Below, piece by piece: positions 31,501 through 43,500 of a DNA stretch of 64,000 nucleotides. The stretch covers positions 1,302,001 to 1,366,000 of the forward strand of contig NW_025964235.1 of NCBI RefSeq assembly GCF_023055435.1, given 5' to 3'. The notes below the pieces were generated by a model that ran no database searches, was not told where the DNA came from, and saw only the letters and a program-made list of their open reading frames with translations. The stretch is from Haliotis rufescens. Lineage: Eukaryota. Positions within the stretch are counted from its first letter, which is position 1, and every line of letters starts with the position of its first letter. A program made the position numbers and the translations under genes.

Positions 31501-34500
31501 GAGTGAGTGGGGTTTAATGCCACTTTTAACAGTATTCCAGTTATGTCACTGCGTGTTAGCTTAATATGGGAGGAAAGCTCGAAGTGATGAAGGTCTCAGA
31601 CGTTTAGAACTTCGTTGAAACCCACGACAGGGCCACCCGTGCCCCCGACTTGTTATGGGATGACAGTGATAAACACAAGACCTCCACTTGATAAGGTGGT
31701 TGGCCCACAAACTTAAAAAAGTCATGCAACAAAAAGCAGAGTTATAAACTTACTAAATGCGGGGTCAATCTTGATACATGTATCACAATCTTTCAGTGCC
31801 AGCTCAAATTCCATGAGCTTCGTGTAACAGGCAGACCTGTTGCTGTATATCTTGGCATCCTCTGGGTTCCGTTTGACAGCCTCGGTGTAATGCTTCACAG
31901 CATTCGGGTAATCCCCTGCAACAAGTGAACCATGTCGTTCAGAGAAACTACCACGGAAACAGAAAGACCATTTGCTGCTATATGCACACCTTTAGGACCG
32001 GCCCTTAATATTGTCTCGGTAAATACTTCATAAAATAATTGTGGTTCCTTCCTACCATTAAAAAAATAAAGAAACTATCTGGCATTATGACATGTTTTTT
32101 GTTTTAAAAAGTATTTAGTCTCATAGTTTTAATAAAAAATATGTCTTTTGCAGTTGTAGCTGAAGAAATATCTCGTCACCATGAGCTGGTGTGGTGCCGG
32201 CAAACCTTTCAATATAATCATTGGGAATGTAGGATTCAAACCAATGGTGACGGTTCTAGCATGACTAACACATGCCCAACATGCCCGAGGGATGTAAAAC
32301 GGCATCAAATTGTGTCTTTTGTGACAATACATTGTGCCGATTCTGGAACATATTTATTTTATTATCAGTTTGTTGTGCTTGGTGGACTTTACCCTTCTTG
32401 AAGCATTCGTTCCCCTTCTCCTTTTCTTGAAGAGACAATTCGGGGTTGATATATGCTAATTTTTCTCTCTCCTTGATCAACTTTTCAACCTGTTCCAACA
32501 GAAGGATAGTTGGTACATTTGATTCAATTCCAATAAAAACATACACACGGTACACCAGACACATACACCTGGTACACCAGACACATACACATGGTACACC
32601 AGACACATACACATGGTACACATGGTACATCAGACACATACACATGGTACACCAGACACATACACATGGTACACCAGACACATACACATGATACACCAGA
32701 CACATACACATGGTACACCAGACACATACACATGGTACACCAGACACATACACATGGTACACATGGTACACCAGACACATACACATGGTACACCAGACAC
32801 ATACACATGGTACACCAGACACATACACATGGTACACCAGACACATACACGATACACCAGACACAAACACATGGTACACCAGACACATACACACGGTACA
32901 CCAGACACATACACATGGTACACCAGCCACATACACATGGTACACCAGACACATACACACGGTACACCAGACACATACACACGGTACACCAGACACATAC
33001 ACATGGTACACCAGACACATACACACGGTACACCAGACACATACACGATACACCAGACACAAACACATGGTACACCAGACACATACACATGGTACACCAG
33101 GCACATACACATGGTACACCAGCTACATACACACGGTACACCAGACACATACACATGGTACACCAGACACATACACATGGTACACCAGACACATACACAC
33201 GGTACACCAGACACATACACACGGTACACCAGACACATACACATGGTACACCAGACACATACACACGGTACACCAGACACATACACATGGTACACCAGAC
33301 ACATACACACGGTACACCAGACACATACACATGGTACACCAGACACATACACATGGTACACCAGACACATACACATGGTACACCAGACACATACACATGG
33401 TACACCAGACACATACACATGGTACACCAGACACATACACATGGTACACCAGACACATACACACGGTACACCAGACACATACACATGGTACACCAGACAC
33501 ATACACATGGTTCACCAGACACATACACATGGTTCACCAGACACATACACATGGTACACCAGACACATACACATGGTTCACCAGACACATACACATGGTA
33601 CACCAGACACATACACGATACACCAGACACAAACACATGGTACACCAGACACATACACATGGTACACCAGACACATACACATGGTACACCAGACACATAC
33701 ACATGGTACACCAGACACATACACATGGTACACCAGACACATACACATGGTACACCAGACACATACACACGGTACACCAGACACATACACATGGTACACC
33801 AGACACATACACATGGTACACCAGACACATACACATGGTTCACCAGACACATACACATGGTACACCAGACACATACACATGGTACACCAGACACATACAC
33901 AAACCACTGCAATGTTCTTACTTAAACTTGTTTTTTCATGCCCAAACTGACATAAATACTGCTCAACTATTGTAAATGATAATCAGACATGTCAGACATA
34001 TTTAAACATACACTTGGCTTACTATGAAAATCAGTCTTGTGTGTCATGGACAGATAATGCAGTGTCTGAAATAAAACAAATTGCCAGACTGCCATCAGGA
34101 CCCACAGACATTAGATGCTGCAGGCCCTGACTCAACTCTTTAGGCCCTCAGATAAAAAACCATGCAATTTATTGAAACAAATGAATGGACTTGTAAATTT
34201 ACTGCAAGCCATAAGGATCAATACAAACTACAGGTCCTACACAAAGTCTACTTGCAACAGGCCTACGGGCAGGCGCTTGTTTCTAACATGACATGATAAC
34301 TTCCTTATCAATAGCGGAGTAGAATACAACACATTGTCCTATTCTAAGACAAACCCTGGCCCACATACCTCCAATGCTTTCTTTACTACGTCTTGCACTC
34401 GATGCTCCGACAAAGATTTGTTGAAAAACGCCAATGCATTTGTCAAATCTTCCTTTTTTAAATATGCATTACCTATACGAAAGAATGCTCTGCAAAATAA

Positions 34501-37500
34501 TAAAAATACAAAATCAATGCACCACACATGAATAAGTTCTTGAACCTAAAGTCAGGGGCTACACAGACTGGTCGTCACTCCTTTCACAGGTACTGACGAT
34601 GGTTGTCTCAAAATGTCCAGTATTGATACGCAGGGATGAGAATGTCTATTGTTTTTAACACACTGAAAGTTACCCCGGGGTCTTGGGTCTGGGGCCGAGT
34701 GGGGGACCATATGATTTATGCATATGTTGTAATGGCATGTATCACAAAAGTGATCCTTGATGTATCAAACTCCCCAAAATTCCGAAGATCCTCAGAAAAC
34801 GTCTCCTCCCTGCATGTCTCCTATTACAGAGTGTGTTGGGATGTCTTAAGTTCAAAGGACAATCAGGCACATATCAAAATATCTAGAATCAATACAATGT
34901 TACCTGTTTAGACCTGTTACAGACTTAACCCTAAATTCCACATCAATAAATGGCCATGTTTTTGTCCAAAGGGGAAGTTTCAATACACTGTCAACATAAC
35001 ATTACATGATAACATGTTCTGACAACAACATGTTCAGACGTGTTCTAACAACGTGTTCTGACATGTTCTAACAATGTGTTCTTCTAACAATGTCTTCTAA
35101 TTTGTACTGACAACATGTTCCAACAACATGTTCCAACAACATATCCTAACAACGACGTGTTCTATCATACCCAAGGATCTGCTTCAATACTGTCGAGATA
35201 CTGAACATGTAAGAGCAAATTATTTCTAAATTCCTGGTGTAACCATGGTAACAACATGAGTTAACATTCTCAGACACATCACGGACGTTCCGTAGGTTTT
35301 GGTGTCAAATACTTAAATCAATAAATACTGACAGCCACTAACTTACAATAATGGGGATATACATGCAAAGTTTTGTTTTACCATGTTGTCACGGTAACTA
35401 AATTCAATCGTGGGAAATTGCCAGCAAACATAGACATAATTTTTTCAAAATGCATGTGTGAGTTTGGTTTAATGCCGCTTTGAACAGTATTCCAGTTAAA
35501 CAAGGCATGTCAGCTTAATGTGGGAGGAAAGCCTGAAGTGATGCAGGTCTCAGACGTTTACCATTTCAGCAGGGGTGCGGTGCTAACAAACCCAGAAACA
35601 TAATTGGCGCGATCAAAATACATGAAACCAGCTTTCAGTTAATAAATGTTTATAATGAAAATTCACCACAATAATTGTAGTTAACTGAGTGACCAGAGTC
35701 ACGATGATCTGAAGGTTGTATCAACAACATGGCTGCAGTCACATGACCCCGGACCTGGAGGGACCTCGGGACCCATGTCCAGTACAGCCTGTTACAGCTA
35801 CATGTGTTACCATGGTTACTGCTTCCATGATAATCCAGTGTATCATATCTCCTTTCTATGCTAATAAATACACTGGCCCCATTCACCCCCCAGCTTCCTC
35901 GAGTCCTGTACCAAATACGAGATGCTACACAAGGGATGGGAGATGGTGAGATCTCTTCCTAACGAAGGCAGATTATTTATCATACAAGAATGGAGATACA
36001 AAACACTGGGTAATCGAGATGAAGTTACCAAGCAAACAGGATCTGGGGAGTCTTACTTGGCTATAAGTTTATAGTCAGCTCGGTGTTCCCGTCCTGTATC
36101 AATGGCTGTCTTACATTCCTCTATACACTGGTCGTAGTTGCCTTGTTCGAAATACACAGCTGGAACAGACAAGCAAGGAAGGTTGAAGACACAGCAGATA
36201 GACAGTCAGTGCAACTGGAGTTCTAGTCTAAATATTCCACAAAGACATTTTAGATATTTACTTCTTAAATGTTCCTAAGTTCATCAGGACAAGTGGAGGT
36301 TTATCAGGACAAGTGGAGGTTCATCAGATCAAGTGGAGGTTCATCAGATCAAGTGGAGGTTCATCAAGACATGTGGAGGTTCATCAGGACAAGTGGAGGT
36401 TCATCAGGACAAGTGGAGGTTCATCAGGACAAGTGGAGGTTCATCAGATCAAGTGGAGGTTCATCAGGACCAGTGGAGGTTCATCAGGACAAGTGGAGGT
36501 TTATCAGGACAAGTGGAGGTTCATCAGATCAAGTGGAGGTTCATCAGGACAAGTGGAGGTTCATCAGGACAAGTGGAGGTTCATCAGGACAAGTGGAGGT
36601 TCATCAGATCAAGTGGAGGTTCATCAGGACCAGTGGAGGTTCATCAGGACAAGTGGAGGTTCATCAGGACAAGTGGAGGTTCATCAGGACAAGTGGAGGT
36701 TCATCAGATCAAGTGGAGGTTCATCAGGACCAGTGGAGGTTCATCAGGACAAGTGGAGGTTCATCAGGACAAGTGGAGGTTCATCAGGACAAGTGGAGGT
36801 TCATCAGATCAAGTGGAGGTTCATCAGGACCAGTGGAGGTTCATCAGATCAAGTGGAGGTTCATCAGATCAAGTGGAGGTTCATCAGATCAAGTGGAGGT
36901 TCATCAGATCAAGTGGAGGTTCATCAGGACAAGTGGAGGTTCATCAGATCAAGTGGAGGTTCATCAGATCAAGTGGAGGTTTATCAGGACAAGTGGAGGT
37001 TCATCAGATCAAGTGGAGGTTCATCAGGACAAGTGGAGGTTCATCAGATCAAGTGGAGGTTCATCAGGACAAGTGGAGGTTCATCAAGACAAGTGGAGGT
37101 TCATCAGGACAAGTGGAGGTTCATCAGATCAAGTGGAGGTTCATCAGATCAAGTGGAGGTTCATCAGATCAAGTGGAGGTTCATCAGGACAAGTGGAGGT
37201 TCATCAGGACAAGTGGAGGTTCATCAGGACAAGTGGAGGTTCATCAAATCAAGTGGAGGTTCATCAGGACAAGTGGAGGTTCATCAGATCAAGTGGAGGT
37301 TCATCAGGACAAGTGGAGGTTCATCAGGACAAGTGGAGGTTCATCAGATCAAGTGGCGGTTCATCAGATCAAGTGGAGGTTCATCAGATCAAGTGGAGGT
37401 TCATCAGGACAAGTGGAGGTTCATCAGGGTCAATGGAGGTACATGAGGACTATTTACCAACTTGTTCTGACTACTAACAAGCTCACATCACTAATGAAGC

Positions 37501-40500
37501 TGGAATTACATTTCTAATTAGTTCTTAGTGTGACTTCCTCTGACTGACCTGCCCTGTTGGTGAGGATGGTGATGTTTGTGGGGTCCAGGTCGGCAGCCTT
37601 CTGGTAGTGCTCGAGTGCAGCAGCAAAGTCCTTCTTCTTGTATGCTGCATTCCCCTCATCTTTTTCCACCAGGGCCTGAAGCACGTCAACCAGGTAACCA
37701 TAGCAACAAAAGATACAGAAACAACTGTGAGACCACCAATAGCTCACCAGGTACACCCAAAACTTATTACTGGAAATCATTGCAGATCTTACCTTGAATG
37801 AAATGACCTGTGGAAAAACTAGGCTAAATATTCATGTTTTCAAAATAGGCCCTTGCCCCGATAAATAGTGCAATGTGAACTTAAGTATTGTCGGAAATGC
37901 TAGAAAACTGCTTTTATAGCTTCATTTAATAAATACGAGTCATATGACTATAAAAAGAGCATACATCAAAATAACGCGAATGGCCCTAATCTAGCCTGTC
38001 TTAACTGACATAGTGATTACCCTTAAAATGTACTTTTACAGGTAAAATGATGATAAACTTAGAAAATATTCCTATGTTGTCATGCATGTATGAAATGGCC
38101 TATAACCTGAGGTAATCCCCTAACACCTGTCCTGAGGTGATGACCTCACACCGTCCCGTGCATTCTCCCGGATGCAAATGTTACCGAGATGGGGGTGGTC
38201 TCAAAATATTCATGTTATTGTACTTAATTGACATGAGTTGATGGGGTAGCAATTTAGGATATGTACTGCATATATACTGCTTGGAAACATGATGGACTAC
38301 TACTTAAAAGCTATGAAATGGGATGAGTATTGGAAGGTTGCGATTTTGGAATCCAGAAGTATTTGTTGTTCTACAGATGGTTTCTTGAGGTAGCATTTAT
38401 CTCCGCTGATGACGTATATGAATCTGTACTTTTGAATGTTGTGTTATGTCTTTCTACGAACCCGTTACACTTAGCCAAGATGGACACAGCAGGGTTGAGC
38501 TCACACTGTCTGACTGGCATACGTAAGACAACGTAACCGTGTTGTGCCGCCAGCACATATGTCTTGTACTTTACTGGTTTCTTATTCAGCTGAATTTTCT
38601 CCATGAGTTGAACTTTTGTTTCAATGGTCTTAAGTCGACAATGTCATATATTCCTGTATGGTCGTCTTTTAGACTATTTATTCGTTTGGGCGACAGTATC
38701 TGATTCCCGGAAGTTATATTAACTGGCGTTATCCATGACGATAACACTGACGTTGTTTAAAATGGGCAATAGCTGAAGTTCCAACCAGTCTATGAATACA
38801 TCACATCCTATAATTTCCTTATGAAAATCACCAGTTTTCTTTTTCGCCTCGAAAACTAGCACACACCCATAAATAAGCCCCATATCATGGGCTGTAGCAT
38901 GCAAAACAAGGACACGATTACCTTTACCTGATGGTACAATGGGTGCTTTTTGTCCGTCTGCCGATAGTTACCTTCTGCTCATAAAGCTTGTACACTATAC
39001 GCCTGATCATCCTGTATCAAAGCTGTCCTATATCCGTTTACGTGCCAGTTTTGTTTTTGAGACCACCCCTATACTTGTTTTGTTTTCTTATCATACTGTA
39101 GATTTGATGGTATGAATTGAAAACCCCATAGTTTGGGCAGTTCGGTAATTCACCCTATCTAAATTAATAAATGGTTTCCCTCTATCTCTCTAAAGCGTTA
39201 AGAACTTGTATACATTTCCCAGTACAGACTCCATGTCGTGTACCATGGTTATGGCTATGCAAGTGTAATGTTACATGCATCATGGGAGCGATGTTAACAA
39301 AACAAACGCATCGTCATTTTGTCATTTTAGAAGATGCACATCTTGAATTTTCTCAAAATGATTTTTGTCTGTGGATTAGATGTTTTATGAAGACTACATT
39401 ATTATCATTAGAACGGAGTCACGTGCGCATATTTCTATAGTCTGTTTCAGACTGCTACCATCAATGTGAACTTCCTGTTTTCTTTCGAATTTGTTGCCTG
39501 TAAACTTGTTGATAGGACTCCTTGTGACTGAAATACTTCAAACCACAGGTAGGGTGATCGGTTGTTACTCGATATTTCAATAACAACTGTCCGTGAAAAA
39601 TCATATCCTTTTTTAAAAGGCACAAAGCAGTTTTCTAGCATTTCCGACAGTACTTAAGTTAGACAGTGGTAGATAAACACACTGCAGAGTATCACCCTAC
39701 CCCAGCCTTCCACCCCAAAGCACATCTCCCTACCCCATCTTGAACACCAAAGCAGACATCCCTGACTCCCACCCTTCCACCCCAAAGCACATCTCCCTAC
39801 CCCAGCCTGAACACCACAGCAGACATCCCTGCTCCCCAGCCTTCACCCCAAAGCACATCTCCCTACCCAAGCTTGAATACCAATGCAGACATCCCTGCTC
39901 CCCAGCCTTCACCCCAAAGCACATCTCCCTACCCAAGCCTGAATACCAATGCAGACATCACTGCTCCCCAGCCTTCACCCCAAAGCACATCTCCCTACCC
40001 CAGCTTGAACACCAAAGCAGACATCCCTGCTCCCCAGCCTTCACCCCAAAGCACATCTCCCTACCCCAGGTTGAACACCAATGCAGACATCCTGCTCCCC
40101 AGCCTTCACCCCAAAGCACATCTCCCTACCCCAGCTTGAACACCAAAGCAGACATCCCTGCTCCCCAGCCTTCACCCCAAAGCACATCTCCCTACCCCAG
40201 GTTGAACACCAATGCAGACATCCCTGCTCCCCAGCCTTCACCCCAAAGCACATCTCCCTACCCCAGCTTGAACACCAATGCAGAAAACCCTGACTCCCAG
40301 CCTTCACCCCCAAAGCACACCTGCCTACCCCATCTTGAACACCAATGCAGACATCCCTGCTCCCCAGCCTTAACCCCAATGGGTCTCCTGGCTTCTATCA
40401 TTACCTCTAAAATACATCCCCCCCCCCCCACCCCAAAGCAAATACCATCCCGCCCCTAAATCTGATATTCTGACCTTGACAGCCTGCCCTAAATGCATTT

Positions 40501-43500
40501 TGATCAATCGCTACTAAACCATAATGGCTGCATATATGCAGAAATTAGTTTCTCTACCTGTTTTTGATTTGAGGATAAAGATTTGTCTTCTGATTTTGTT
40601 TGTTGTTTGTTGTTTGTGGGTGGTGCTTGCTCCGGCTTCCGGGACGGCATCGGATCCTCACGCTCATCACCCAAAGTTTCAAACCCAAACAAGACACCAA
40701 GTGTTGCGATGATGCGGGGATCTTGAATATTTCTGGAAATAATATTGAAATAGAACAGTTCTATTTGTAACAAGAAAATGCTAACACAGACGCAGCCCCA
40801 TTTCCAGCTGATCTGAATGGCCCCAAACTTCCCGACCAAAACCATTCTGACATCATCTAATCATATCATCTACCTACATTCATCTTTGATCCTTTATGTC
40901 ATTTAAAGCAGTACATCTTAGTCGTCTGCCTCCAGCTACCCTAAGCAAAAAGATGACATATCCCCCTGGCCCCCACTTTAGCAAAAGGTACCACTTTCAG
41001 CCCATGGTCAATACATGTAATCTTTCACGGTTTTCAAGTAATGCGCTGGCATCGACGTACGGATCGACCAGATGATTACTATATCCCATCGCATTACATG
41101 CCCAGTGGGATACATAAAGTTGTAAGCACTTCCTGTTTAATGACATCACTTCCTAGTTTAGGAGAGCACATGTCCAGTGAAATACAACTTTAAAACTGAA
41201 CATGCTCTGTCTGAAGCTACATCACAAAGTCACCTCTGGTTTGACGACATCAAAGATAAAGAAGTTTTCAGACTTGACCCTTGTACATTTTCTTATGAGC
41301 ATGAAACCACCATCAATACTGCTCCTGTGCTTATTTCATCTTTTCAAAATGGAAATTCTAGCAGGTCTCTCTGCTGCCACTCACTGTAAACTGTTGGGGT
41401 TTTTCTGCAAGGCTGCCATCATCATCCGATAGTCCGGCTGTTTCAGGAACTCACGCGTTTTGGGATTAGCTTCCAGCTTATCAAACAAATCAGGCATAGC
41501 GAAGGGGTTGGTGATTGGCTGACTGCCTGCAGGGCCTGAAACGAAATGAGTAACTGGTGACACTGGGAGTCAGGGGCTACACCAAGGGGTATGTGACTGG
41601 TGACACTGGGAGTCAGGGGCTGCACCAAGGGGTATGTGACTGGTGACATTGGGAGTCAGGGGCTGCACCAAGGGGTATGTGACTGGTGACACTGGGAGTC
41701 AGGGGCTACACCAAGGGGTATGTGACTGGTGACACTGGGAGTCAGGGGCTGCACCAAGGGTTATGTGACTGGTGACACTGGGAGTCAGGGGCTACACCAA
41801 GGGGTATGTGACTGGTGACACTGGGAGTCAGGGGCTGCACCAAGGGGTATGTGACTGGTGACACTGGGAGTCAGGGGCTGCACCAAGGGGTATGTGACTG
41901 GTGACATTGGGAGTCAGGGGCTGCACCAAGGGGTATGTGACTGGTGACACTGGGAGTCAGGGGCTACACCAAGGGGTATGTGACTGGTGACACTGGGAGT
42001 CAGGGGCTGCACCAAGGGGTATGTGACTGGTGACACTGGGAGTCAGGGGCTGCACCAAGGGGTATGTGACTGGTGACACTGGGAGTCAGGGGCTGCACCA
42101 AGGGGTATGTGACTGGTGACACTGGGAGTCAGGGGCTGCACCAAGGGGTATGTGACTGGTGACACTGGGAGTCAGGGGCTACACCAAGGGGTTTGAGACT
42201 GGAGTTATATAGTAGTGTATTTTATTGTTGAACTATGATTGTAACTGTGTTACATTGTTTCTGTTGACAGTTGTGTTTGGATGTGATTAGTTGTCAGGAA
42301 TGTAGTACTACTTAAAGTAAGCAGTTTTGAGGAAGTTACTATAATTAGATGCTACTGTGATACCGTATAGTTTTCCAAAAAACACAGCTGTGTAGAAGGG
42401 GGTGCACATTATACACGAATTAATGAGTTTTGATGTTTTTCCCTCATGGAAAGACATTACCGTGAGCACGTAATACGGGAAATACCATGTCAACAAATCC
42501 ATACTGAAGTACGCAAATTAATCATGTAATTACACTGTCTGGCTATATGTTTGTGAATTATTTCATTAATTTTATTCAAAATTCCTTTTAATATTGTTTT
42601 AATTAATTTCGGCGAAATCGTGTGTGAAGCGATCAGAAGATCGCACAACTCACCGTTATTAACAGCAACCACGGTCAGATTACCAATATTGACGCCTTGA
42701 AACGAACTTTAGTTGACAGAGAATAGATACATATATCATAAATGCTATACTTTGACTCGTTAAAAGTCATATTTGTTTTTGTTGGACGATTCTATGTCAA
42801 CACGTAATTCTCGCGATCACGTGCACGGGAGCCTTGACGGTGACTGGTCAGACAGGTTCCATGTAAAAAATAATACCCGGCAATAGCGATCAGCTTCTTC
42901 GCTTAGGGTTATTATTATTATATGTTTAGTAAAAGCTGCATCTAAATTAACAAGATATTGGAATATATTATTCCTGATAAAATTATAGTTTCAGATACAA
43001 TTTTTGCCGATGCTTGCATTAAAATCCTGTAAAGTTATATCATTGGGTGTGTCTTGACCGAATCACCGGTAGATTCCAAGAAAACATGTGTACAGCTGAT
43101 TGCTGTGTCCGGCTTAGTTTACGAGAAAATACACAAGGTAATCTTAATCCCTGGATATAAAACAATGCCCAGCAGAACAAAAATACAATTTAAACGGTAA
43201 ATCAACATGTCTGGTGATTTTTTATCTCAAATTTCGAATTTGTACTGACCAAGTTTCTCATCACCCGTTCGTTTGCCGGACTTCACTAAAGGGGTACGGT
43301 GTAATTATTTTTTTCTGCGCTTGGTATTCAAATTTAATTTTTTTCCAAAATATTGAATCCACTATACTCAAGAAAATATGGTATGTAAACTTCTAGAATA
43401 CCGTTGACTGAGGTGGAATATTGTGTAATGCTCTTGTGCCGCTAGACTGGTGAGGGCACTGTGCAGAAATTTCCAGTAGCTAGTTAGACTATAAATAAGG

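Noticed and set aside
32524-33975. 400+ aa His/Thr-rich and Cys/Val-rich ORFs
   Set aside because: The 22-bp unit lacks stops in all frames, and the array lies within STIP1 intron 8.
36269-37517. Three ORFs of about 400 aa ([19 protein letters not shown])n
   Set aside because: The same peptide appears in all three frames because of the 20-bp unit; it is intronic and antisense to STIP1.
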